64,000 nt of DNA, taken from assembly GCA_037447605.1 (NCBI GenBank), contig CM074811.1, forward strand, positions 2,914,001 to 2,978,000, given 5' to 3'. How positions within the stretch are numbered: position 1 is the first letter of the stretch; every line of letters begins with the position of its first letter. The notes beneath the pieces were generated by a model, which had not been told where the DNA came from, made no database searches, and saw only the letters and a list, made by a program, of their open reading frames with translations. Below are positions 1-11,437 of this stretch, piece after piece. Made by a program: the position numbers and the translations under genes. This DNA is from Zygnema circumcarinatum SAG 698-1b. Taxonomy: Eukaryota; Plantae; Zygnematophyceae.

Positions 1-124
1 AGTTTTGTGGGTTTTTTGGGGTGTGAGGAACTTGGCAGAGAGATGGGGTTCTTTTCTTTCTTTTTTGCACTTTTTTTTGGTCCTTTGATTTTGGTTTTTT
101 CTTACGGGATTCGGTTTATTGCAG

Positions 125-796
125 ATGGCGGAAGCTCTGTGCAATTTGGTGATCGCATTCCCGAGCAAGGCGGCGGCTGCCATCGTTGCGCAGGTCAGAT
201 AGAGTTCTCAAATTCAACCTAACATTAGAAGTGAATTAAGAAAGAACAAAAAAAATAATAGTGGGGAGGTTATTCAAATACACTCCCTCTACTTCACCGT
301 TAACATGACACGACAACCACAGAGTATACACTCTCCTGACTCCACTCCCTCTCCCACCACCCTCTCTTCCACCCTCTCCCCCTTTCCCTCTCCCTCCTCT
401 CTCCCTCTCCCTCCTCCTCTCTCTCCCTCTCTCCCTCTCCCTCTCTCTCCCTCCTCTCTCCCTCTCCCTCCTCTCTCTCCCTCCTCTCTCCCTCTCCCTC
501 CTCTCTCCCTCTCCCTCTCCTCTCTCCCTCTCCCTCTCCCTCTCCCTCCTCTCTCTCTCTCCACAGGCGGAAGCCCACCTCCGTCCATGGAGCTCTGCAC
601 CTTCCGAGAGGGCCTTCAACGCGCGCATTGTGAGTCTCCTCGCTGACATTCTGCGACTCCCGCACGTGCGGTCGAGAGAGGCCGTGCGAGCGGTGGCGGG
701 GGCGGGAGAGCTGCTGAGAAGGGCCACGGAGGGGATGGAGGGAGACGGAGAGGCCTGCACTCTCCCGCAGCTCGAGGTAGGGGATCTCTCTCACTC

Positions 797-835
<39 letters not shown>

Positions 836-1538
836 GCACTGTCTCCCTCCCTCCCCCTCCCTCTCCCTCTCGCTTCCACTCTCTCCCTCTCTCTCCCTCT
901 CTCACTCTCTCTCACACACGCTGATTTATATGCCATGCTGTATGCAGCTGTTAGAGGCGGCAGCTGTGGCTGCTCATGCGGCGAGAAGTTGGGCGGCGAA
1001 CGGCGGTCAAGTTACTGCAGTTCTCTTGGAGCTACTCAAGGTGAGTGGGATGTTAGAAAAGAGAAGGAAGAAAGTGGAGTTTGGGTTTGAGTTTACATGC
1101 ACATTGAAATCAATAGATCAGTCAAGCGACGCCCCTTTTTCATACATCACGTCAACTCTCTCACCTTTCTTTCCCTCTCTTCCGCTCCCTTTCCCTCTCC
1201 CCCTCTCTCTCCTTTCTCCTCAGGCCCGGCTTCCCTGCGTCGTCCGCTGCCTCTCCCACAGTTCTGCGCACGTGCGCGTCCTCTCCGTCGCTCTCTTGAG
1301 GGAGATTCTCTGCGAGGAGTCCCTCTCCCTCTCCCCCTCCCACTCCCACTCCCACTCCCCCTCCCTCCCTGAGGGAGAGACCGAGCGGGAGAGCGGAGGC
1401 GTGGTCGCAGCGGAGGAGTGGCGAGCGGCGGTGGAGCAGTGCGTGCTGTGGGAGGCGCAGTGGCGCAGAGCGGGAGGGCTCGCCTGCTCTCTCCTGCAAG
1501 ATGCGGCTTCCTCACTTGGCTGCAGAGTGGCGGTGTGA
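125..1538 (+). CDS. GI: GIGANTEA homolog, last four coding exons (5' part outside window): 125-193, 567-776, 948-1040, 1224-1538
   Basis: All introns GT-AG, phase 0. Spliced protein reads ALCNLVIAFPSKAAAAIVAQAEAHLRPW...ATEGMEGDGEACTLPQLELLEA...LLKARLPCVVRCLSHSSAHVRVLS...WRAAVEQCVLWEAQ...AASSLGCRVAV*. This matches the GI C-terminal motifs I recall from Arabidopsis (ATDGMLVDGEACTLPQLELLEA, RLPATIRCLSHPSAHVRALS). Confidence 0.95.
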
Positions 1539-2738
1539 GGGAGAGCTCTCTCTCTCTCTCTCCCTCTCTCTCACTCGCTCGCTCTCTCACACACACTTTC
1601 TCTTTCACTCTCGCTTTGGGTGTGTCGAAGGTCACATGTGAAGATACGAGGGTAGCACAACCGTTCATGGTTCGGGTTCATTGAACGGCTGTTGAAAGTG
1701 GAAACGCTAGTTTTTGCGTTCCTGACCAGAGGGCAGCTTTTTTCTATTCGTCTCCCTTGGGAGGGCCAATGTTGATTGTTTGAATGCGGAGATCAGAAAT
1801 CGTCCACAATGTCAAACATGTGATCGCTGTTGGGAGGCAACACAATTGCAATGTTAGCTAAAGACATTTTTACGGGATGTAGGTGCTTTACTAGGGTTCG
1901 GAAAGGACCTAAGGCTATTAGGGTTGGGGTTAGAGGGCTAGCATATGTATCTTTAAAAGGGATGCTTTTCAGAACGTGTTTAAGTCGCTTCTTTGTCCAA
2001 CTGTGTCCGTTTATCTCTTGCTAATCTGTGGTGCATTGATTTGGTCTTGTCCTGATAGACCGTTCTGATTGGCCCAAAGGGATATGAGGGTTGCCTTGTG
2101 GCGCGACAAGTGAGCTTTTCTATCGATCGTCATTCATGGTCGATGACATGTACGACCACTTCGGGAGGTCTCATGCTGGTTATGGATAGTTCCGGTTCTG
2201 CGTTCCTTTCGTTCTCATGCTTTTGTTAAGATGGTCGGCCATGCATGGAGGTAAACATGATTGTGTGAAGAAGACAGCAGCCGTGATATCACATCACATC
2301 ACATGACATAACGAACATTTAGAACAATGTCACCTAGCATCGCATCACAACACATGGACATAACAAGCATGTCTGCACACCACATCACATAACAATCTGC
2401 ACATCACATTACATGGTACATGACGATAACAAACGTACACAGAAGGGCACTTCGCTCCTCCGAATTCCATTGCTTTCTCGTCTCCAATTGGAGTTATTCT
2501 CGAGCTTCCGACAAATAATGGTGAGGTCCGAACATCACCACCGTTTGAATATATACATCATCTGCTAATGCACACGAAGCTGACCATTTTTCTCTCTTTT
2601 TTTCTGCTCTACTAACCCTCTCTATCTCGCTACTCGTCTCAAAACTGCGAAGCGCAATGGGGCCGAGTTTGCCCTCTGAAAACTTGATCCGGTGCATCTG
2701 CTCCGCTACTAGGCCTTTTCTACTACTTTTACACCCTC

Positions 2739-4271
2739 TCATTCCTCCCCTTGTAGGAACATTTTCCGAGGTCGAGCTCGGATCACTCGGACCGCCATTT
2801 CTTCAGACGTGGCACTATCCTCTCCCTCTCCCACTCCCTCTCTCATTCTCTCTTCCGCTCCCTCGCCCTCTCCCTCTCCCTCTACTACCCTATCTCTACT
2901 CTCTCCCTTGAGCACTCCCCTCCCTTTACGACTTCTGCGTCGTTTCCTCTCTCCACTGTTGCGACGGACTTCAATTGAAGGGTTTCGCCGAGTTAAAGAA
3001 CCATCCTTACTTCCCCCGTTCTCCTTCTCCTCATTATCTTGAGTCACTTCTGAGACCTCTTCTCGCATAAGCTCATCTTCCTCGTGCTCTCTCTTCAGGT
3101 TTTTCAATATCATTTCCTCCTCCGCCAACTCCTCTGTTTCAGAAGGAGCTCTCTCCACATTCTGCACACTTCCGTCCTCCTGCTTTATTTCCGCCTCCAT
3201 AGAAACCAGTAACTGCCCCTCCATCACTTTTCTGGCTAGTTCTGCTTCTCCACCCACCACTACTTCATCTACCTCTTTACCCCCTGCTATCTCTCCCTCT
3301 ACAAAGTCACCACCCTCTCCAACCTCTCCCTCTTCCACTCTCTTCGCCCTACTCTCTCTCCCCACTTTCTTTACATGATCTCCTTCTGAGTCCACCCCAT
3401 CTTCCGACTCTGACTCCCCCGCCTCCGCTGCACTCTCCTCTCCCTCGCCGTCTCTCTTTCTCCCTCTCACAGCATATCTTGAGAATCTACAATCTGCCTC
3501 CAACAAATCTGAAGAGCGATAATCTTCCACTCCCCCCTCAAGATAGCCCTCCCCATTCAAACCAGCCACCTGCCATACCCCCAACTCCGAAGACCACATA
3601 GTCTGAAACCCAAAAACTTTTTCTTTCTGCCCGGACCGAAAAGACTGGCCCATAACCCCATGCACGTCGGAAAGCGCCGCCGCATTCACAACTTCAACTG
3701 AAAAATGGATCAAGGCATCATCGTCTCTCCTCACTTCCGCGCTCTCCGGCTTTAACTTAATCAAAATCTGAAACCCCCCTCTTGTAGTGAGCTCATATCG
3801 CTCCACCTCTTCGTCCCCCTCCTTTCCCATCGCCTCTAAAAACTCAAAACTGAGCTGCCCATCTCGAGTTCTAAGCTTCCTCCCGCGCGGAATTTTCACC
3901 AAATTTCCATCTATCCCGATAGATTCCATGTACCCATTTGCCCTGACGGCGCTGGGCCCCCCCCTAGCCCTCAATTCAATGCTATGCCCGCCACTCAGCA
4001 CCCCAATAGCGCGGACCCATGTCCTCACTCCCTTCTTCCCTTCAGCTTCATACCCCACCATTTCCATGTTGATGTTCAGTTCTGGATCCGTTAGGAGGCA
4101 GTACGAGGCCCCATGCTCCCCAGTGAAGTCGAAGCGGATGCCATCGAACCCCTCAAAGTGGGGGTCGCCATACATCCTTGCTAGAGGGGTTGGGGTGTCG
4201 CCTCCATGGGCGAGCCCAAAGAAGAAGGCGAGAGAGAGGAGGATAGAGCGAGAGAAAGCAGTACAGAACAT
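2739..4271 (-). CDS. Intronless secreted protein, 510 aa: signal peptide + GDPH-containing root-cap/LEA-related (VWD-like) domain + long acidic low-complexity tail
   Basis: Hydrophobic N-terminus (MFCTAFSRSILLSLAFFFGLAHG). MYGDPHFEGFDGIRFDFTGEHGASYCLLTDPELNINM resembles the plant root-cap protein family start (GDPHF.G.DG..F.F.G.....CL.SD..L.IN). C-terminal half is Glu/Gly-rich. Confidence 0.8.
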   Translation of the reverse strand: MFCTAFSRSILLSLAFFFGLAHGGDTPTPLARMYGDPHFEGFDGIRFDFTGEHGASYCLLTDPELNINMEMVGYEAEGKKGVRTWVRAIGVLSGGHSIELRARGGPSAVRANGYMESIGIDGNLVKIPRGRKLRTRDGQLSFEFLEAMGKEGDEEVERYELTTRGGFQILIKLKPESAEVRRDDDALIHFSVEVVNAAALSDVHGVMGQSFRSGQKEKVFGFQTMWSSELGVWQVAGLNGEGYLEGGVEDYRSSDLLEADCRFSRYAVRGRKRDGEGEESAAEAGESESEDGVDSEGDHVKKVGRESRAKRVEEGEVGEGGDFVEGEIAGGKEVDEVVVGGEAELARKVMEGQLLVSMEAEIKQEDGSVQNVERAPSETEELAEEEMILKNLKREHEEDELMREEVSEVTQDNEEKENGGSKDGSLTRRNPSIEVRRNSGERKRRRSRKGRGVLKGESRDRVVEGEGEGEGAEERMREGVGEGEDSATSEEMAVRVIRARPRKMFLQGEE

Positions 4272-5015
4272 GGTCTCTTTCTACTTCTCTCAGGAGGGTG
4301 AGGGAGGGAGAGAGATAGAGAGAGACGGCAAGTGGGGAGGGGGGGAAACGAGAGAGGACAGAAAGAGAGAGAGGGATGGAGAAGAGAGAGGGCTCAGACC
4401 CTCAGGCAGTCCTTGCGGCCTCCATGGAGCGCACCGGCCGCCATGGACTCGCCTCCCGAAGCTCTCCCTCCTGCGAGAAGTGGCAGGGGAGAACAGCAGA
4501 GGCCTGGCGGGGAGGGGCCCACAATTGATTTTGTTTCTGACCGGGTCAGCATAGGCAAGAAACAGTCTATTTTACACGTGTAACGCGCATAATTGATAGG
4601 CCAAAATGGGCCATTTGTGTGCGGGCAGGTGACAAAATGTTTTTTTCGGGCAGATTGGAAAGGACGGCCGGCCGTTGAGACGAACTTTCGGCGGTTTTCA
4701 GGTGCCCGTACGGACAGGCGGAATCCGGCGGACGTTTTCGGTTGGGTTGGACTGAACCGTACACCCTAGCCTGTTGATGACGTCACCATCAACTGTTTCA
4801 GTTACCTTAATTAAGCCTTGTGCCAAGTTGGGCCTCGTCCAACCGCCATGTGCTGTCACACGTGCGAAAAAATCCAGAAACAAAAACTAAAAATCGGGGA
4901 ACCGTGCGGGGCAGACTTGCTGTTGACGCCAGCCACACGTCATACAATTTTCTAGTTTTCTTGTGGAAGTTGCAAAGTTGCAAACTCAGTTTGCAGATTC
5001 GGAGAGGAACTGGAA

Positions 5016-6940
5016 ACGGAACGGCGGACATGGAAACGTCACTTAAAACTAGAAAAGCACCATTTCTGCTGTCCCTCCCTGTATTCGTACCGTCTAATTC
5101 ATACGGCTCGTACGGGCTACCCCAGGTGTGAACAGCAGAAATCTGGCCAAGCCGGGAGGACCCTGAGCGCCGCCTCTCTTTTTGACCGTCCGATCAGTGT
5201 CCGTACAGATCCAACGAGATCGATCGTCCTTCCGTTAACGCAGTCCCGTGAAGCGTTGAACTGCGAGGGATCGGGGAAATGAGCGTTTCTCAATGGACGG
5301 CTGCGATGGACGCGATCGAGTAGCCCTGACTAGAATTATGACTAAAGTCAGAGCTTCGAGGAAGCTAAAAACCTGACCAAATCTGACTGTTACCACACTG
5401 AAAGCCATGACTACGACTGACTAAACCTCTGGGAATCGAGTCCCACTTGCCCATCCCCCCGGCCAACATCCGCCGTCCGATCCCATCCCCGATCAATCGG
5501 ACGGCCCAAGGCGACCCTTCGGCTCGGTATGGCACCCTGGCGCCAGCTGGCACCCCCAGGCTCCAGGAACAGAACCATGCAGAAGTCACCACGTGGCAGT
5601 CTGAACCGACACATTTAAAACCCTGCACAACAGAAAACTGCTGAAAAGAAACGAACGGAAATTTGGACCCTGCAAAAAACGTACAAAGATGCCACGTGTC
5701 ATCCTTTCACTGGCCCACGTTTTATTTTCCGGGCGGGCAGCCTTCTATTTTCTGCCCCTGTTGCGAACAACTTGCCAAGTATTTTTCACCTGCCCGGATT
5801 TCGTACGGGCACCTGGAACAACCTGGCCACAGCCCGATTACAGAAAGTAACGTTCCCATTCGCCGAACCCGCCAGCTGTCGCCCGCGCATTCCAGGACTC
5901 CCCACCAAATACGATTTTTTCTGCCCGTTGACCGTCCGCCCAGGCGTCCCCCCAGGCCCCTGCCCCTTTCCACGCCTTTCCCAAAACTTCCCCCCCTGCC
6001 CGCCCCTTTCGCACGAGCCATCCCCGCGTCCGTACACCCGTTCGTACGCCCGTCATCCCCCGTCCAGAAAGTCGCCGCTACACGACAATGACCCCTCCAT
6101 TCGCCTGTGCGGGATCTCCGGGTGTCTGGCCACTCAGCGCACGCCACGTAGCCGACCGCCCGGGAGCGCCGCCCGCCTCCCCGGAGCGGCGCGCCCCCTT
6201 GAAAGCGACGGCGCGGGCCCGGCCCCGCCCGGCGCCCTCCCTCCGCCACAGTGAGGAGAGCCGCCAGGAAGGGCCCGCCTCGGAGAGTTAGAGGGAGGGA
6301 GAGAGGGAGAGAGGGACCGTACGGAAGAGGAGAGGGAGCGGGATACAGGGCGGAATAGAGGGAGGGAGAGGGAGGGAGAGGAGGGAAAGGGAGGGGGGAG
6401 GGGAGAGGAGGAGAGGAGGGAGAGGGAGGGAGAGGGAGGGAGAGGGAGGGAGAGGGAGGGAGAGGGGGTGATGAAGGGCGTGCGGGTGCTGGCGCTGGCG
6501 GCGCTGGCGGTGGTGGCGATAGCGTGGCTGGCGATGCCGGCGGAGGGGATACGGAGCTACCAGAGTCGAATAAGCAGGGCGTTGGCGGATGAAGAGTTTG
6601 AGGTGGGGGGTGTGAGGGAGTGGGGACGGGAGTAGGGAAAGGAGAGGGAGTGGAAGAGTGGAGTGAGGGTGGAGGATTGGGAGTGGGGTGGGTTGAGAGC
6701 GGTGGGGAGGCAGTGCGAGTGAGAAGAATGGGAATGGAGGGAGTGAGGGCGGGTGGATGGAGAATCAAGGGCATGGTGCAAAAATGGAAAATTGGGGAGA
6801 GTGGGTAGTGAGAAGTGAGGGAGAGGGAAACTGGTTGGGGTAAGGGGGGGGGGTTGCAGGGGTAGGGAGAGAGGTGCAGTGGAAGAGATCAAAACAAGGC
6901 ACCAGACAAGCGTAAGAGAGAGAAAAGAGTGTCAGGAAAT
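5016..6940. repeat. Copy 1 of a ~1.93-kb direct duplication that ends at the N gap (6941-6950)
   Basis: Sequence from ACGGAACGGCGGACATGG (5016) to GTCAGGAAAT (6940) recurs at 6951-8894. The ORF track shows identical translations at offset 1935. Confidence 0.95.
6471..6602 (+). other. Duplicate of exon 1 of the STIG1-like gene, without its own downstream exons before the gap
   Basis: Same sequence as 8425-8556 (MKGVRVLALAALAVVAIAWLAMPAEGIRSYQSRISRALADEEFE|gt); lies inside the gap-flanking duplication. Confidence 0.8.
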
Positions 6941-6950
6941 NNNNNNNNNN

Positions 6951-8894
6951 ACGGAACGGCGGACATGGAAACGTCACTTAAAACTAGAAAAGCACCATTT
7001 CTGCTGTCCCTCCCTGTATTCGTACCGTCTAATTCATACGGCTCGTACGGGCTACCCCAGGTGTGAACAGCAGAAATCTGGCCAAGCCGGGAGGACCCTG
7101 AGCGCCGCCTCTCTTTTTGACCGTCCGATCAGTGTCCGTACAGATCCAACGAGATCGATCGTCCTTCCGTTAACGCAGTCCCGTGAAGCGTTGAACTGCG
7201 AGGGATCGGGGAAATGAGCGTTTCTCAATGGACGGCTGCGATGGACGCGATCGAGTAGCCCTGACTAGAATTATGACTAAAGTCAGAGCTTCGAGGAAGC
7301 TAAAAACCTGACCAAATCTGACTGTTACCACACTGAAAGCCATGACTACGACTGACTAAACCTCTGGGAATCGAGTCCCACTTGCCCATCCCCCCGGCCA
7401 ACATCCGCCGTCCGATCCCATCCCCGATCAATCGGACGGCCCAAGGCGACCCTTCGGCTCGGTATGGCACCCTGGCGCCAGCTGGCACCCCCAGGCTCCA
7501 GGAACAGAACCATGCAGAAGTCACCACGTGGCAGTCTGAACCGACACATTTAAAACCCTGCACAACAGAAAACTGCTGAAAAGAAACGAACGGAAATTTG
7601 GACCCTGCAAAAAACGTACAAAGATGCCACGTGTCATCCTTTCACTGGCCCACGTTTTATTTTCCGGGCGGGCAGCCTTCTATTTTCTGCCCCTGTTGCG
7701 AACAACTTGCCAAGTATTTTTCACCTGCCCGGATTTCGTACGGGCACCTGGAACAACCTGGCCACAGCCCGATTACAGAAAGTAACGTTCCCATTCGCCG
7801 AACCCGCCAGCTGTCGCCCGCGCATTCCAGGACTCCCCACCAAATACGATTTTTTCTGCCCGTTGACCGTCCGCCCAGGCGTCCCCCCAGGCCCCTGCCC
7901 CTTTCCACGCCTTTCCCAAAACTTCCCCCCCTGCCCGCCCCTTTCGCACGAGCCATCCCCGCGTCCGTACACCCGTTCGTACGCCCGTCATCCCCCGTCC
8001 AGAAAGTCGCCGCTACACGACAATGACCCCTCCATTCGCCTGTGCGGGATCTCCGGGTGTCTGGCCACTCAGCGCACGCCACGTAGCCGACCGCCCGGGA
8101 GCGCCGCCCGCCTCCCCGGAGCGGCGCGCCCCCTTGAAAGCGACGGCGCGGGCCCGGCCCCGCCCGGCGCCCTCCCTCCGCCACAGTGAGGAGAGCCGCC
8201 AGGAAGGGCCCGCCTCGGAGAGTTAGAGGGAGGGAGAGAGGGAGAGAGGGAGAGAGGGAGGGAGAGGAGGGAGAGGGAGGGAGAGGGAGGGAGAGGGAGG
8301 GAGAGAGGGAGGGAGAGGAGGGAGAGGGAGGGAGGGAGAGGGAGGGAGGGAGGGAGAGAGGGAGGGAGAGGAGGGAGAGGGAGGGAGAGGGAGGGAGAGG
8401 AGGGAGAGGGAGGGAGAGGGGGTGATGAAGGGCGTGCGGGTGCTGGCGCTGGCGGCGCTGGCGGTGGTGGCGATAGCGTGGCTGGCGATGCCGGCGGAGG
8501 GGATACGGAGCTACCAGAGTCGAATAAGCAGGGCGTTGGCGGATGAAGAGTTTGAGGTGGGGGGTGTGAGGGAGTGGGGACGGGAGTAGGGAAAGGAGAG
8601 GGAGTGGAAGAGTGGAGTGAGGGTGGAGGATTGGGAGTGGGGTGGGTTGAGAGCGGTGGGGAGGCAGTGCGAGTGAGAAGAATGGGAATGGAGGGAGTGA
8701 GGGCGGGTGGATGGAGAATCAAGGGCATGGTGCAAAAATGGAAAATTGGGGAGAGTGGGTAGTGAGAAGTGAGGGAGAGGGAAACTGGTTGGGGTAAGGG
8801 GGGGGGGTTGCAGGGGTAGGGAGAGAGGTGCAGTGGAAGAGATCAAAACAAGGCACCAGACAAGCGTAAGAGAGAGAAAAGAGTGTCAGGAAAT
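6951..8894. repeat. Copy 2 of the ~1.93-kb direct duplication; apparently differs mainly in the GA tract (19 nt longer)
   Basis: Identical ORFs at offset 1935 before the GA tract and offset 1954 after it. Confidence 0.95.
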
Positions 8895-9643
8895 TTCGGG
8901 TTACAGAGAGGCGATAGAGTTGGATCGAGAGAGAGCGAGAGGTGATAAAGGAGGGAAGTGGGGACAGCGAGGAAATGATGTGAGGCAGAGCAGAGGGCAG
9001 AGACAAAGAGCGAGGGAGCGATTGAGAGAGAGAGAGATGAGCGGTTTTAAACGTTTATAGACGGTCTGGCCTGAATGATCTGGCCTTCGTTGCCATTTAG
9101 AAAGTGGAGATGTACGATGGCCCTCGGTGAGTCAGACGTGATGGGAGGCTGGCAGGGCTGTGGGGGTTGGCTGGCCTTGGCTTGCAGAGATACGCCGTCC
9201 GAGTGAACCGCGCGGCGGAGTCAACGTTCGGAGGGCCGAGCAGGCGCGGCCGCACGGCTCGGGGGCGCATGATGCAGCAGATCGGCTGCGATTCGGGGAA
9301 GACCCTCTGTGGCACGTGAGTGCATGCCGCCGTAAATGAAACATTGTTGAACAAACCAATGCACACCCCATGTGCGTAGTCCAAGCTCATCCCAGCACCC
9401 CTCCTCCTTCCGCTGATCCCTGCGCGCCCTAATCGTGCCCATGCCCATGCGTGCAGGACGTGCACGAACACGACCGAGAACCCCCAGAACTGCGGCGCGT
9501 GCGGGGCGCCGTGCGGCGCGAGCGAGGCGTGCTGCGGCGGCGTGTGTACGGACGTGGCGTTCAGCGCACAGCACTGCGGGCAGTGCTACAGCGCCTGCGC
9601 GGAGGGGGCCTGCGCCGCGGGGCTCTGCGGGTACGGCTCCTAG
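8425..9643 (+). CDS. STIG1-like secreted cysteine-rich protein, 148 aa; exons 8425-8556, 9188-9315, 9457-9643
   Basis: GT-AG introns with consistent phases (0, 2). Signal peptide, basic linker, then CDSGKTLCGTTCTNTTENPQNCGACGAPCGASEACCGGVCTDVAFSAQHCGQCYSACAEGACAAGLCGYGS*. This is the Stig1 pattern (NCG.CG..C....CC.G.C.....D..HCG.C...C....C..G.C.Y). Confidence 0.88.
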
Positions 9644-11276
9644 GGCCCGGGGCTCCTAGGGAGGGCACCGAGGGCACCGAGGGCACCGGATCGTACGGAT
9701 TGTACATCGGCTAGCGTACGGAGGGAACCGTAACGGTACAAACCGTACATGGCGTCGGCGGGCACGGCTTCTAGAAGCTACCGAGCGTTACGGAGGGGAC
9801 CGAAACTGTACGAATGTTCCATGTGCAGGAGGATGTGGGACAAGAAACGGGTAACGGATGTACGGACACGGGAAGTATAGCACACGCAGGGCGAGTACGG
9901 CGTGCATGGAAGCGTTGAACGGGACGGGAACGGAACGGATGCAATCTATGGCGTTGTCGCAGTCTGCGCCCTGCTATGCTTTCTATGGCTCCTCGGCCCG
10001 CCAGCAGTTTCAGTGTCAGTTAAAGTTGGCGGCCGTTTACGGAACTGGGAAGATGTCTGCATCCGTGTGTGTCAGAATAAAAAGTTCTTGAACTGTCTCA
10101 GGAATTTTTCTTTTTGCAGCTTTTTTCTTTTTAAGGAACTACTGTCGATTAGAACTAAAAACTTTTGATCACTTTGCAAAAGACAAAGTGTAACATACGG
10201 CCCTCTGCAGGATGTGTAATTATGTCAATTGTTAGGAAATTAAAGGTACTAAAAGGGGGCGCAGGGTTCAGTCCTTTCTCAGGGCTGTCTGGGGCTCTCG
10301 GGCTTCACAGTTTTACGGCTTTCAGTGGAACTAGGGCAAAACATTCTTTCACATGATAACGCGTTGCCGTTCTGTTGGCGCTTTTGATAAACTGCAACAG
10401 CGACATGGAACGCCCCACCTTTCGAGCGGGTTGTGCGCGTACTGCCGTGTCCTGCCTTGTACATTTCATTGGGGCCAGCGGACAATAAACAATGCTCGAG
10501 AGCTTGCTTGTCTATGGACTGGGAAGAGGCTTGGGGCTCCATGCATGCATGTGGAATGTATGCATGCATGCATGCATGCATGGACCATGATGTGTGTCTT
10601 ATGGAGAATGCAATGCAGTAGTGTGGAGGTAGGAGATGTGATGTTGTTGCATGAGGAAGGTTCTGCTGATATTGATCAATGGTAGTACTGTAATGCATGA
10701 ACATGTCATGTTGCTCAATGCAAGTTGGTTTAGATGCGTGGATTGACCATGTGATGTTCACTGTGTAAGTGCCTAGTGATGCTGGAAACTATGTGAATGA
10801 TTTACGAGCATGGTACATTGCGCTATGTATGTTGGTGTTGCAGCATGTGAAGTATGTGGTATTCAAACTTTGGGCTGTCCCGTTACATCGACCGCCCTCT
10901 CATTTTCCTTCATCGAAAAGGGAGCAGAGGCAGGGGAGGGGAGGGGAGGGGGGAGGAACCAAAGGAAGCAAAAGTCGAGCGAATAATGTGAAGCAAGCCC
11001 ATTACACATCTTCATTAAACATTGGAATCATCACTTGCTATCGCCACAACACTCCTCCCTCCAGTGCCCCGAAACTCTGTCCCTCTCTCTATGTACACTC
11101 GTCCCCTCCCCCCTCACATCACGTGCAAGCACAGCCCAATTTTTTTTTGAGTCTCGTCATCAGAGCCGTTCCCTTCCACAGAGAGCCAATTCGCAATCTG
11201 AGGACAAGGCACGCAGTTGGGGCTCCAACGGAACCTGAACTGCATATAACATGTACATAAATCACGTCACATCACG

Positions 11277-11406
11277 TCACGTTCCTCCACGAGCTTTGTC
11301 CAGACGCTCCCTTAAGGCCGCAAGTTCGGCCTCGTCTCCCTCCCCTTCGCCCTCAGCCACCGCCTGCGCCTGCAAATGCTCCCCTTCCCCCCGTGTGTGA
11401 GAGTGT

Positions 11407-11437
<31 letters not shown>

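Noticed and set aside
236-936. Long ERERG/PLSLS-type ORFs here and throughout (e.g. 5722-6774, 13155-13977, 14148-15098, 17777-18514, 34659-35436)
   Set aside because: They are translations of GA/CT microsatellite introns and UTRs, which lack stop codons by composition.
4620-5830. Inverted motifs CAGGTGCCCGTACG / CGTACGGGCACCTG and GGGCAGGTGA / TCACCTGCCC as transposon ends
   Set aside because: Motif order is not mirrored and no TSD was found; too short to call an element.
5016-8894. Apparent tandem duplication of a promoter plus STIG1-like exon 1 (alternative first exons)
   Set aside because: The copies are essentially identical except for a microsatellite length and meet exactly at a 10-N scaffold gap, typical of an unmerged contig overlap or two haplotypes. 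Needs spanning reads before being treated as biology.
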